Shown in pieces: positions 18,713 to 28,472 of a stretch of DNA of 32,000 bases (positions are counted from its first letter, which is position 1; the number at the start of each line of letters is the position of its first letter). Under the pieces are notes generated by a model. It was not told the origin of the DNA, did not search any database, and saw nothing but the letters and a program-made list of their open reading frames with translations. The stretch is from Candidatus Saganbacteria bacterium (lineage in GTDB: Bacteria; Margulisbacteria; WOR-1; JAKLHX01), in the NCBI GenBank assembly GCA_026387835.1, contig JAPLKZ010000004.1:92983-124982 (forward strand). The letters run 5' to 3'. The translations under genes and the position numbers were made by a program.

Positions 18713-19408
18713 TTATGATATCCACCTTTCCAGTTGCGATAATACTTTATGAAGTCCAAACATTTGTAATAATATCATTATTGCGACCACGATTAAAGTG
18801 GCCGACAAGGCTTTCGTGCGCGTGACTTTGTATACTTTCTTTACAGCGGTACTCCACAGTCCCCACAGGTAAAAGATGATCACGAACAGGATTATTTTCG
18901 TCCCGGCCGTAAAATTCGCAAAAGATAATGCCTTGAATTTTGTCGCGCACGCCAGGACCGGCAGCAATATCAGCAAAAGCGCTGGGGCTGACGAATAATA
19001 CGCCGACCTCACCATCTCCTTGAGCTCGCCTTTTCCGCCGGCCTTCACTGCTATATAATGTATTGCGCAAGCAGCCAGATAGAATGATGCCATCATCGAT
19101 ATGACCACAACCGACAGGACTATCAAAAACACCATTATAAAGAAGATCAGGACAAGAAGTAAGAAAACCGGGGCCACAATTAAAAGTTTTATGCCATAGA
19201 TACCCTGTATAAGGGCTATCATCATCTGGGAAATGGAGGTGATATAGACCGCTACAGTTATGAACAACGAAAGCAGCCACGCGGTGATCAAAAGGAAAGA
19301 GAACGGCTTGTCGTTCAGTTCCCCCTTTTCCATGAACGTATAAAAATATATGGGCCTTGCGACGATCTTCCACCAGTCCCTGAAGTACCATCCGATCATT
19401 TTTTTCAT
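18713..19408 (-). CDS. Yip1-domain-like membrane protein
   Basis: WWKIVARPIYFYTFMEKG start and multiple TM helices including SAYYSSAPALLLILLPVLA. Overlaps the recR end. Confidence 0.7.
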   Translation of the reverse strand: MKKMIGWYFRDWWKIVARPIYFYTFMEKGELNDKPFSFLLITAWLLSLFITVAVYITSISQMMIALIQGIYGIKLLIVAPVFLLLVLIFFIMVFLIVLSVVVISMMASFYLAACAIHYIAVKAGGKGELKEMVRSAYYSSAPALLLILLPVLACATKFKALSFANFTAGTKIILFVIIFYLWGLWSTAVKKVYKVTRTKALSATLIVVAIMILLQMFGLHKVLSQLERWIS

Positions 19409-20007
19409 GAAAGTTCTCTCCTTCCTTCTATAGCTTTGAGCAGCGTCGCTTCGTCCGCGAAGTCCATGTCGGAACCTATAGGCAGCCCGGATGCGATCCT
19501 TGTCAGCCTGATACCCAGCGGCTTGATGATCTTTGTAAGATAAAATATCGTGGTCTCGCTCTCCGTTGTCGGGTTAAGCGCGACTAGGACTTCTTTCACC
19601 CCGTTCTTAAGCCTGCCAAGCAGCTCTTTTATCCTCAGATTGTCGGGGCCGACGCCGTCAAGCGGCGAGATCAAGCCTCCGAGCACGTGGAAACTTCCTT
19701 TGAATTCCCTTGTCCTTTCTATGGCTATCAGGTCTTTGGGTTCCGCGACCACGCACAGAAGGGACTTGTCCCTGCTGTTATCCCTGCATATGTCACAGGG
19801 ATCTTTTACCGTGAGATTGAAGCAGACTGAACAGTAGCGAATATTTTTCTTGACCTCGGTCAGGGCTTTCGCGAGTTTTCCGACTTCCGCGTCTGTTATA
19901 CCGAGGATATGGAATACCAGCCTTTGAGCCGACTTGGGCCCGATGCCGGGCAGCTTCTTAAATTCCTCTATGAGATCGTTGACGGGTTCCGGGTAGTGAG
20001 AAGGCAT
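19405..20007 (-). CDS. recR: Recombination mediator RecR
   Basis: LPGIGPKSAQRLVFHIL, C4 zinc finger CSVCFNLTVKDPCDIC, Toprim VLGGLISPLDGVGPDNL. Confidence 0.97.
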   Translation of the reverse strand: MPSHYPEPVNDLIEEFKKLPGIGPKSAQRLVFHILGITDAEVGKLAKALTEVKKNIRYCSVCFNLTVKDPCDICRDNSRDKSLLCVVAEPKDLIAIERTREFKGSFHVLGGLISPLDGVGPDNLRIKELLGRLKNGVKEVLVALNPTTESETTIFYLTKIIKPLGIRLTRIASGLPIGSDMDFADEATLLKAIEGRRELS

Positions 20008-20008
20008 G

Positions 20009-20335
20009 TTATATGCCCAGCATACTTGAAAGCCCGGGGATATTCATGCCCCCGGTCATCGAGCTCATTTTTGATGACGATAATTTTTTTGCCTTCTCGA
20101 GCGCTTCGTTGACCGCTGTTTTTATCATCTCGGACAATCTCTGCGCGTCACCTGTCGGAGCCAGCGCGGGGTCGATCTTGATCTCTTTTATTTCCATATT
20201 GCCGTTCATCGTTACGATCACCGCGCCCCTGCCTGAGCCTGCGGTCACCGTCTCCGCCGACAGTTCCTCCGAAGCTTTTTTCATGCCGTCCTGCATCTGT
20301 TTTGCCTGTTTCATCATTTCGTTTATATCGAACAT
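20009..20335 (-). CDS. ebfC: YbaB/EbfC family nucleoid-associated protein
   Basis: MFDINEMMKQAKQMQDGMKKASEEL with the dnaX-ebfC-recR gene order. Confidence 0.93.
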   Translation of the reverse strand: MFDINEMMKQAKQMQDGMKKASEELSAETVTAGSGRGAVIVTMNGNMEIKEIKIDPALAPTGDAQRLSEMIKTAVNEALEKAKKLSSSKMSSMTGGMNIPGLSSMLGI

Positions 20336-20351
20336 CCGCCTGCTCCTTGCT

Positions 20352-21857
20352 CTAAACTGTTTTTCCGTCGAACATCTCTATAATATCATCTGCGGAGACC
20401 GGCGCAACAGGTCTTTCCGAAGTTTTTTTATCCTCTTCTCCCATCACGCATATCACGGAGATCTTTTTTCCCGTTATTTCTCCTATTGCCTCCTCGACAT
20501 TTGTTTTATTGGCTTGCTCCTCGATCCTCGCCTTGTGGAAGGAATACCCTTTTTTGAACTTCAGGACCACCCTTCCTTTTCCGTCAAGCGACGAGACTTC
20601 CGCCTCGCACAGCGAGACGTATCCGAAAACGTTCCTGGCCTTTACTTTTTCCAGGATCTCCTTCCATTTCCCCCTGATGCTTGATAAGGCTTCGTCCTTT
20701 GACATTACCGCCGCTTCGCCTTCCGGAACATTTTTTTCCGGCGCTATTTTGACAGCTTCCTTTATCTGATCCCGGCCCGCTCCTTCCATCGCCTCAAGCA
20801 AGGCTATTTCAAGTACAAGCCTTGAATTCCTGTGCCATTTCATGTCCGTCTCCGCGCCGGAGATGGCTTTTATTATCATTTTTATTTTTGAAAGAGGATG
20901 GTTTTCGCAGCTTTTCTTCAGCCGGTTTATCTGTTCCTCCGACAGTTCAAGGACACTTTCGCTCCCCACCTTTACCATAAGCAGGTTCCTGAAATGGTAC
21001 ACGAGGTCTTTCGCGAGCTGCTCCACGCTCACTCCCTGATCGACGGCTTTCTGCACGGAAATCAGGATGTCCTTCTCGTTCCCGTTCAGGACAGCTTCCC
21101 CCATTCCGAAAAGGAACTCGGGTTCGGCCGTCCCGAGGACTTCGACGACATCTTCGACTTTGATCTCGCCCTCGCAGAACGAAGAGAGCTGGTCTATCAG
21201 CGATATGGCATCCCTCATCGCGCCTTCCGAGGACCTCGCGATAAGACGCACCGCATCATCGCTGATCTTTTGCCCCTCATCTTTCGCGATCTTTTTCAGA
21301 TGCTTAATTATCTCATCAAGGGATATCCTGCCGAAATCAAACCTCTGGCAGCGAGAAGAGATCGTCACCGGCACTCTCTGCGGCTCGGTCGTCGCCAGGA
21401 TGAATACCGTGTCCGGCGGCGGCTCTTCCAGGGTCTTTAACAGCGCGTTGAACGCCTCCGGCGTGAGCATATGCACCTCATCGATTATATAGATCTTGTA
21501 TCTGCCTTCCACGGGTTTGAACCTGATCTTTTCTCTGAGGTCTCTTATCTCGTCTATCCCGCGGTTGGATGCCGCATCTATCTCGATCACGTTAAGGGCG
21601 TAGCCGGAGGTGATCTTCCTGCACTGGTCGCATTTCCCGCACGGTTTTACAGTTGCCGCGTCCCCGCAATTGAGAGCCTTGGCAAATATCCTCGCGGTCG
21701 ATGTCTTACCGGTGCCGCGCGGTCCTGTAAAAAGATACGCGTGGCCTATCCTTTTGCCGCTTATCGCGTTCTTCAGCGTTGTAATTATCGGCTCCTGGCC
21801 GATTATCTCTTCAAATGTCTGCGACCGGTATTTTCTGTACAACGAGATATGGTTCAT
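20352..21857 (-). CDS. dnaX: DNA polymerase III subunit gamma/tau
   Basis: SLYRKYRSQTFEEIIGQEPIITTLKNAI, GPRGTGKTSTARIFAKALNC, zinc module CGKCDQCRKI. Confidence 0.97.
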   Translation of the reverse strand: MNHISLYRKYRSQTFEEIIGQEPIITTLKNAISGKRIGHAYLFTGPRGTGKTSTARIFAKALNCGDAATVKPCGKCDQCRKITSGYALNVIEIDAASNRGIDEIRDLREKIRFKPVEGRYKIYIIDEVHMLTPEAFNALLKTLEEPPPDTVFILATTEPQRVPVTISSRCQRFDFGRISLDEIIKHLKKIAKDEGQKISDDAVRLIARSSEGAMRDAISLIDQLSSFCEGEIKVEDVVEVLGTAEPEFLFGMGEAVLNGNEKDILISVQKAVDQGVSVEQLAKDLVYHFRNLLMVKVGSESVLELSEEQINRLKKSCENHPLSKIKMIIKAISGAETDMKWHRNSRLVLEIALLEAMEGAGRDQIKEAVKIAPEKNVPEGEAAVMSKDEALSSIRGKWKEILEKVKARNVFGYVSLCEAEVSSLDGKGRVVLKFKKGYSFHKARIEEQANKTNVEEAIGEITGKKISVICVMGEEDKKTSERPVAPVSADDIIEMFDGKTV

Positions 21858-21861
21858 GTTC

Positions 21862-22986
21862 TCACCTAATATAGACTCTCGGGACCCTTTTTCCTATCCC
21901 GCAGATCACTTCGTAGTTTATTGTACCGTCAAGACGCGCTATCTCATCAGCCGTGATGGTTTGTTTACCCTGGCTTCCGATGATCACCGCATCGTCGCCC
22001 ATTTCGATCTTATCATTATCCGCGTCGATCAGCGTCATGTCCATCGTAACATTGCCGACAATAGGCCGCTTTTTCCCCCTGATTATTACCGATCCCTTGC
22101 CCGACAGCCCCCTTGAAAGCCCGTCCGCGTATCCGACCGGAAGAGTCGCTATCTTAGTCCTTTTTGTGGTCCTGTAAGCTGCGCCGTAGCTCAAGGGCGT
22201 CCCTTTTTCGACCTCTTTTAAATATAACACTTTTGTTTTGAACGAAAGCACCGGTTGAAGCCAGGGCCGTTTGAGTCGTTTTGACGAAGGAAACAATCCG
22301 TACATGCATATCCCGATCCTGACCATGTCCAGATGGGTCTCGGGAAAGAATAATGCGGCCGCGCTGTTCGCCGCGTGCTTGATCGGAGGATCGATCCCTT
22401 CTTTTTTGAGAAGCCCGACGGTCTTCATGAAAGATCCGAACTGTTTGGCCGTGAACGGGCTGCCCGGGTCGTCCGCTTTTGAAAAATGAGTGAATATTCC
22501 TTCGATGAAGATGTTAGGGAGGCTTGATATCCTCACCGCTGTCGCGACCGCGTCATTCAGGAGCATCCCTACCCTTCCCATCCCCGTATCCAATTTGATA
22601 TGTATCTTTGCCGTTTTCTTCTTCTGCCCGGCGATATCCGACAGCGCCTGGGCCTGGTGAAAAGTGTAGACGGTCTGCGTGAGGCCCGCGTCCAGCAGCC
22701 TTTCAAGATACGCGGCGGGCGTCTCGCTCAGGATCAATATCGGCGTTTTAATATAAGCCGACCTCAGTTCAAGAGCCTCTCCCAGTGTAGCCACGCCGAG
22801 GTAATCAACGCGGGCTTTTTCCGCCGCTTTTGACACTTCCACCGCGCCGTGGCCGTAAGCGTTGGCTTTTACGATCGCCATGAACTTTGTCGAAGGCGAT
22901 AAAATACCGCGCATCTCATCGATGTTGCGATGAAGTTTTTTCAGGTCTATTTCCGCGCAGGTAGGTCTGAACGGTTCCATCATCAT
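21862..22986 (-). CDS. alr: Alanine racemase
   Basis: PLP-lysine motif FMAIVKANAYGHGAVEVSK, IHIKLDTGMGRVG, GNVTMDMTLID. Confidence 0.96.
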   Translation of the reverse strand: MMMEPFRPTCAEIDLKKLHRNIDEMRGILSPSTKFMAIVKANAYGHGAVEVSKAAEKARVDYLGVATLGEALELRSAYIKTPILILSETPAAYLERLLDAGLTQTVYTFHQAQALSDIAGQKKKTAKIHIKLDTGMGRVGMLLNDAVATAVRISSLPNIFIEGIFTHFSKADDPGSPFTAKQFGSFMKTVGLLKKEGIDPPIKHAANSAAALFFPETHLDMVRIGICMYGLFPSSKRLKRPWLQPVLSFKTKVLYLKEVEKGTPLSYGAAYRTTKRTKIATLPVGYADGLSRGLSGKGSVIIRGKKRPIVGNVTMDMTLIDADNDKIEMGDDAVIIGSQGKQTITADEIARLDGTINYEVICGIGKRVPRVYIR

Positions 22987-24875
22987 CCTTTCGGCAGAGA
23001 AAATATGAACTTTGAACCGGTGCCGGGCCCGTCGCTTTCAGCCCAGATACGGCCTCCGTGAGCTTCGACCGTCTCCCGGCATATAGAGAGCCCCAGCCCG
23101 ACCCCTGTCCTGAACTTAATGGTATCATCCTCGACCTGGTAGAACTTGGCAAAGATCTTTCCCAGCTGTTCCTGCCTCAAACCGATGCCGTTGTCCGCCA
23201 CGCTGACGATGACGTCTTTTTCACCGTCCCTGACGGAGACCGTCACGTGCCCGCCTTTATCCGTGTATTTCAACGCGTTGTTCATAAGATTTGTCAGCAC
23301 TCTCGCGATCCTGTTCTTGTCCGCGTGGAACGCGGGAATATCCGGCGGTATATCCGTGCTTACGGTGATCTCTTTTGCGCTTGAAAAAGATTTGGACTCG
23401 AACAGCACGTTATCCACGACCTCTTTTATATCGAAAGGGCTTATCTCAAGCTTCAACTGTCTCGCTTCCATCTTGGCGCTGTCTAAAAGCTCGTCTATCA
23501 GGACCATCAGCTTTTCCGTGTTCGAACTTGCTATGCCGAGGAATTTCTGCTGCTGTGGAGTGGTTTCTCCGGTGATGTTTTTCATTATCAGCGTCAGCGA
23601 TTCCTTGATGTTTGCCAGCGGGGTCCTTATCTCGTGAGACATCTTGGACAGGAACGCGGACTTGGTCTCTTCCAGTTTTTTCAGCTTTACCGATGTTTCC
23701 CTTTCTTTGCCGAACATCCTGGCGTTGTTTATGGCTACAGCGGCCTGCTCCGCAAAGGTTATCAGAAGGTGCAGGTCCTCTTCTGTTATCTTTTTTTTCG
23801 AGATCAGATTGTCGACCGCTATCATGCCGATTATTCTTCCCTGGACCTTAAGCGGCACTACCGCGTTCTGCCCGACACCCGGGACCATATATTTTTTCTG
23901 ACTTTCCGGAAGGGTCGAGTCGGCGTCTTCCGTGAAAAAAAATCCTATCTTTCCGTGATATATCTTCGCGAAATTATTGTCCTCTTCATCGAAACCGAAT
24001 ATCTGGCTGTCGATATTTTCGGGTTTTCCCCATCTGTCCACTCCGATCCTGCCCTTTATCATCTTGGTTTCCTCGTCAACCTCGAATATCCCGACCCTGT
24101 CAAAACCAAGCCCTTCCTGCACGCCTTTTATGACCGAAGAAAGTATGTTCTCGAGGTCCATGTCCTGCGTCACCGCGTTGCTTATCTTGTACAGTATCTC
24201 CAGCTGCTGGTAGCGTTTTTTCAGGTCACCCGTCTCGTGGTCTATTTTCCGCTCAAGTTCTTCGTTGAACCTGTTGACCCTCTCATACAGGCTGGAATTT
24301 TCAAAAGCCACGTTCTCTGCCCGTTTCCTGAGGCGCCTTTCCGTGTCCGCGATGAAACTGGCGGCAAATATCGAGACCGACATCAAAAACGCCCTGTTGA
24401 GGAATATAAAGATAAAATTATTAGCCGCGGCATCCTGGACAGCCGCCGCAAAATACAGCAACACTATGAAGGCCATCAGGACAATTTCGCTCTTGAAATT
24501 TATTATCATCGACGAGTGGATTATCAGTATGAAATAAAGCGGCCAGAGCTCTGAATTTATCCCGCCCGTGAGGTAGACCGCTGCCGTAACGGCCAAAGAA
24601 TCGACCGCGAAAGAGACGGCGCTGAGCACCGGCTTATACCTCAGGGTCACGGCGACCGAGATACAGAGGTTGTAGACGGCCGTCAACGCGAAGAAGACAG
24701 CGGCAGTCGGGAGGGGGATCTCCGACTTGTGAGGCAGGAACAGCCAGACAAAGAGCCAGAACAATATGACCCACCTGACCTTCCATGTGAACATCTCCCT
24801 GCCCCACAGCTGTTCCATCGTGGTCTCTTCGGCCAGGTATTTCGCGCTTTCGCTGGCTGAGTCTTTTTTTTGCAT
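22983..24875 (-). CDS. Membrane-bound GAF-domain sensor histidine kinase
   Basis: N-terminal TM segments, coiled coil, GAF domain, SKMSHEIRTPLANIKES H-box, G-boxes VADNGIGLRQEQ and GVGLGLSICRETVEAHGG. Confidence 0.93.
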   Translation of the reverse strand: MQKKDSASESAKYLAEETTMEQLWGREMFTWKVRWVILFWLFVWLFLPHKSEIPLPTAAVFFALTAVYNLCISVAVTLRYKPVLSAVSFAVDSLAVTAAVYLTGGINSELWPLYFILIIHSSMIINFKSEIVLMAFIVLLYFAAAVQDAAANNFIFIFLNRAFLMSVSIFAASFIADTERRLRKRAENVAFENSSLYERVNRFNEELERKIDHETGDLKKRYQQLEILYKISNAVTQDMDLENILSSVIKGVQEGLGFDRVGIFEVDEETKMIKGRIGVDRWGKPENIDSQIFGFDEEDNNFAKIYHGKIGFFFTEDADSTLPESQKKYMVPGVGQNAVVPLKVQGRIIGMIAVDNLISKKKITEEDLHLLITFAEQAAVAINNARMFGKERETSVKLKKLEETKSAFLSKMSHEIRTPLANIKESLTLIMKNITGETTPQQQKFLGIASSNTEKLMVLIDELLDSAKMEARQLKLEISPFDIKEVVDNVLFESKSFSSAKEITVSTDIPPDIPAFHADKNRIARVLTNLMNNALKYTDKGGHVTVSVRDGEKDVIVSVADNGIGLRQEQLGKIFAKFYQVEDDTIKFRTGVGLGLSICRETVEAHGGRIWAESDGPGTGSKFIFSLPKG

Positions 24876-24879
24876 GTAA

Positions 24880-25164
24880 TTAATTCGCGCTCAGGTTGAT
24901 CCTCATGTCCGGAGCGTCCTGTTCTTCCTTTATCGCGCCGAACTTTTTTTCGAACATCTCGATGTTCTGCGACAGTGCCTTGAGAAGTCTTTTTGCGTGG
25001 GAAGGCGACATTATCACCCTCGCGTTGACCCGCCCTACCGGCGGCTGCGCGAAAATAAAATCGGCTATGAACTCGTTCTCGTTATGCGATATCAGAGCGA
25101 CATTGGAATAAGCCCCCCCCGCGGTCTTTTCGTCTAAAGTTATTTTGATCTCCTGTTGCTGCAT
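24880..25164 (-). CDS. DUF3467 family protein
   Basis: YSNVALISHNENEFIADFIFAQPPVGRVNARVIMSPSHAKRLLKALSQNIEMFEKKFG. SD GGAGGTG upstream. Confidence 0.85.
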   Translation of the reverse strand: MQQQEIKITLDEKTAGGAYSNVALISHNENEFIADFIFAQPPVGRVNARVIMSPSHAKRLLKALSQNIEMFEKKFGAIKEEQDAPDMRINLSAN

Positions 25165-25256
25165 TATTATTTCACCTCCAAATAATTATATTGCTTTTTG
25201 TATATTAAAACAAGGACGCCTGGAATTGATGATATAATATTGTGTCGAGTAAAATA

Positions 25257-25643
25257 ATGAATAAATTCGTAATAACAATATACTCTGTCTTTCTCATCAC
25301 CATGGCCTGCATTTTAACTTCCCCGGGCCTTGCCGGTGTTCATCAAATAACCGAAGAGATAAACGTGAAGGCCGGCGAGACCTTCACATTCACGCTTGAT
25401 TCCAACCCGACCACCGGCTTCAGCTGGCAGGTCGCGCCTCCTTTGGACAGGAATTATTTAAGGCTCATGGGTTCAGTGTTCCACAGGCCGGACACGACCT
25501 TGACGGGTGCTCCGGGAAAAGAAACATGGACCTTCAAAGCCGTCAAAAAAGGGAACGCCTTTATCAAAATGATATACGCACGGTCCTGGGAAAAGAATGT
25601 CCCTCCTGCCGCGATCCGAACCTGCAAGATCAAGATCATTTAA
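25257..25643 (+). CDS. Exported chagasin-like (MEROPS I42) peptidase inhibitor
   Basis: Signal peptide, then SNPTTGFSWQV (NPTTGF loop), GAPGKETWTFKAVKKG and YARSWEKN (RxWE loop). Confidence 0.88.
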   Translation: MNKFVITIYSVFLITMACILTSPGLAGVHQITEEINVKAGETFTFTLDSNPTTGFSWQVAPPLDRNYLRLMGSVFHRPDTTLTGAPGKETWTFKAVKKGNAFIKMIYARSWEKNVPPAAIRTCKIKII

Positions 25644-25685
25644 GACAAAGTAAAGACCGCACATTTTTGATATAATAATATCAAC

Positions 25686-26954
25686 ATGGCACAAACTATA
25701 ACAGAAAAGATCCTTGCCGCTCATTGCGGAAAAAAGGAAGTCCGTCCCGGCGAGTTCATCGAGGCCGATGCGGACATAGTGCTCGGGAATGATATAACCG
25801 CGCCGCCAGCGATAACCGAGTTTGAAAAATTCGAGATAAAAAAGGTTTTCGACAGGGATAAGATCGTCCTGGTGCCCGACCATTTCACCCCAAACAAGGA
25901 CATAAAATCCGCCCAGCAGGTCAAGATGATGAGGGAATTCGCTAAAAAGTATAAAATAAAACATTTCTTCGAGATAGGATGCATGGGGGTCGAACACGCC
26001 CTGCTTCCCGAACAGGGGATCGTCTACAGCGGCCAGCTGGTGATCGGCGCTGATTCTCACACCTGCACTTACGGCGCTCTCGGAGCTTTTTCAACCGGCG
26101 TGGGCTCGACCGACATGGCAGCTGCAATGGCGACAGGAAAAGTCTGGCTCAAAGTTCCGGAAACGATAAAATTCGTTTTTAAAGGGAAGCTCAACAAATG
26201 GGTCGGCGGAAAAGACCTGATACTCTATACCATCGGTGATATCGGCGTCGACGGCGCGCGGTACAAAGCAATGGAGTTCACCGGACCCGCTGTCTCAAAA
26301 CTGACGATGGACAGCCGCCTTGCCATGTGCAACATGGCTATCGAGGCAGGCGGAAAGAACGGCATCATCGCCCCCGACAAGATAACCAGACAGTACATAG
26401 GGTCGCGGCGTCTCGATCCCAGACAAACACCGGTCTATTATCAGAGTGATGAGGACGCGGAGTACTGCAGTGTCATAGAATATGATGCCGGCGATATCGA
26501 ACCGCAGGTGGCGTTCCCTCATCTGCCCTCCAACACGAAACCTATCAGCAAGGCCGGTAAAGTAAAACTTGACCAGGTAGTGATAGGCTCCTGCACGAAC
26601 GGAAGATATGAAGACCTCGAGATCGCGGCAAAGATATTGAAAGGCAGAAAGAGGCATAAAGACATAAGGCTGATCATCATCCCCGCGACCCAGAAGATCT
26701 ATGAACAGGCAATGAAGAACGGCCTGTTTGATATTTTCCTTAAAGCCGAAGCGGCGGTCTCAACCCCTACCTGCGGACCGTGTTTGGGCGGCCATATGGG
26801 GATACTTGCCGAAGGAGAGAGGGCTCTTGCGACCACTAACCGGAATTTTGTCGGACGCATGGGGCATCCCAAAAGCGAAGTCTATCTTTCGAACGCGGCA
26901 ATCGCAGCCGCATCTGCCGTGGCCGGATATATCGCGAGTCCCGAGGATCTATAA
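25686..26954 (+). CDS. leuC: 3-isopropylmalate dehydratase large subunit (aconitase family)
   Basis: [55 protein letters not shown]. Confidence 0.93.
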   Translation: MAQTITEKILAAHCGKKEVRPGEFIEADADIVLGNDITAPPAITEFEKFEIKKVFDRDKIVLVPDHFTPNKDIKSAQQVKMMREFAKKYKIKHFFEIGCMGVEHALLPEQGIVYSGQLVIGADSHTCTYGALGAFSTGVGSTDMAAAMATGKVWLKVPETIKFVFKGKLNKWVGGKDLILYTIGDIGVDGARYKAMEFTGPAVSKLTMDSRLAMCNMAIEAGGKNGIIAPDKITRQYIGSRRLDPRQTPVYYQSDEDAEYCSVIEYDAGDIEPQVAFPHLPSNTKPISKAGKVKLDQVVIGSCTNGRYEDLEIAAKILKGRKRHKDIRLIIIPATQKIYEQAMKNGLFDIFLKAEAAVSTPTCGPCLGGHMGILAEGERALATTNRNFVGRMGHPKSEVYLSNAAIAAASAVAGYIASPEDL

Positions 26955-27433
26955 TGCAAGGCAAAGCTTGGAAATTCAAGAATAATGTCGATACCGATCT
27001 GATAATACCCGCGCGGTATCTGAACACGCATGACCCGGCGGAGCTTGCCAGGCATTGCATGGAAGACGCTGACCCCGGGTTCTCTAAAAAGGTCAAAAAA
27101 GGCGATTTTATCGTCGCGGGCGAGAATTTCGGCTGCGGGTCTTCCCGCGAGCACGCTCCCGTCGCCATAAAAGCCGCCGGAGTCTCCGCAGTTATAGCGG
27201 GATCTTTCGCGAGGATATTTTTCAGGAACGCGATAAACATCGGGCTTCCGATAATAGAGCTAAAACAGGCAGATGAGATAAAAGAAGGCGACACGCTCGA
27301 AGTTGACGTTGAAAAAGGACAGATAAAGGACTTGGACAGCGGAAAGACATTTAAAGCCGGGCCTTTTTCGCCGTTCATGAAGAATATAATCGATAAAGGA
27401 GGGCTCATTAGTCATGTCAAAGAAAAATTATAA
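26954..27433 (+). CDS. leuD: 3-isopropylmalate dehydratase small subunit
   Basis: GKAWKFKNNVDTDLIIPARYL, GENFGCGSSREHAPVAIKAAG. Confidence 0.95.
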   Translation: MQGKAWKFKNNVDTDLIIPARYLNTHDPAELARHCMEDADPGFSKKVKKGDFIVAGENFGCGSSREHAPVAIKAAGVSAVIAGSFARIFFRNAINIGLPIIELKQADEIKEGDTLEVDVEKGQIKDLDSGKTFKAGPFSPFMKNIIDKGGLISHVKEKL

Positions 27434-28472
27434 TATCGGGGTGATCGGCGGTGACGGCACAGGCCCGGAGGTCGTAGCCGAAGGCCTGAAAGTGCTGAAA
27501 GCTGTCGAAAAGAAATTCAGTCTGGAAGTTAATACAAAGCTGCTTCCGTATGACGGGGAAAGATACCTGAAGACCGGCATCATCATAACGGATGAAGAGA
27601 TCGAAGGACTCAGGAAATTCGACGCCATCTATTTGGGGGCTATCGGCCATCCCAAAGTAGCGCCCGGAATACTGGAAAAAGGCATTCTTTTAAAGGTCAG
27701 ATTCGCACTTGACCAGTATATAAATTTAAGGCCCGTGAAATTATACGAGAACGTCTGGACCCCTTTAAAGGATAAAGGTCCCGAACATATAGATTTTGTC
27801 GTTGTAAGAGAGAATACGGAAGGGCTTTACGTCGGCACAGGAGGAACACTAAAAAAAGGCACCAAGGATGAAGTCGCGATCCAGGATTCAATCAATACAA
27901 GAAAAGGCGTGGAAAGATGCATCAGATACGCTTTTGAACTCACGCGCAAAAGGAACAAAAAGAAACAATTGACGCTTGTCGGCAAGACCAACGTCCTGAC
28001 CTATGCTTTTGACCTTTGGGAAAGGGCCTTTTATGAAGTTGCAAAAGAATATCCTGATATCAAACCGGATTATGCCCACGTGGATGCGACCTGCATGTGG
28101 TTTGTAAAAAACCCGGAATGGTTTGATGTTATCGTTACGGACAATCTTTTTGGTGATATAATCACTGATCTCGGCGCCATGATCCAGGGCGGGATGGGGA
28201 TAGCCGCGGGCGGCAACATCAACCCGGAAGGCGTTTCGATGTTCGAACCCATCGGCGGCTCTGCACCGAAATACACGGGACAAAATGTCATCAATCCACT
28301 TGCCGCGATCGGCGCTCTTCAGATGCTTCTTGAGAACATTGGCGAGGAAAAAGCCGCTGCTGCTGTCGAGAAATCGATAATGGCAGCCTGCAAGAAAATG
28401 AAGAGCATGTCAGCAGGAAAGATGGGATATTCCACTACACAGGTAGGCGACATGGTGGCGGAGGGGATATAG
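27414..28472 (+). CDS. leuB: 3-isopropylmalate dehydrogenase
   Basis: IGVIGGDGTGPEVVAEG, VVVRENTEGLYVG, DVIVTDNLFGDIITDLGAMIQGGMGIAAGGNINP, FEPIGGSAP. Confidence 0.9.
   Translation: MSKKNYNIGVIGGDGTGPEVVAEGLKVLKAVEKKFSLEVNTKLLPYDGERYLKTGIIITDEEIEGLRKFDAIYLGAIGHPKVAPGILEKGILLKVRFALDQYINLRPVKLYENVWTPLKDKGPEHIDFVVVRENTEGLYVGTGGTLKKGTKDEVAIQDSINTRKGVERCIRYAFELTRKRNKKKQLTLVGKTNVLTYAFDLWERAFYEVAKEYPDIKPDYAHVDATCMWFVKNPEWFDVIVTDNLFGDIITDLGAMIQGGMGIAAGGNINPEGVSMFEPIGGSAPKYTGQNVINPLAAIGALQMLLENIGEEKAAAAVEKSIMAACKKMKSMSAGKMGYSTTQVGDMVAEGI

Noticed and set aside
20423-20429. A7 run (GAT AAA AAA ACT, minus strand) near the 3' end of dnaX as a possible programmed frameshift or slippage site for gamma/tau.
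   Set aside because: It lies about 40 codons or fewer before the normal stop, and the -1 frame terminates within a dozen codons. It would not separate tau and gamma domains as in known systems. Probably chance.
25473-26060. 195-aa minus-strand ORF spanning the inhibitor and leuC.
   Set aside because: Overlaps two convincingly identified plus-strand genes and shows no family motifs.
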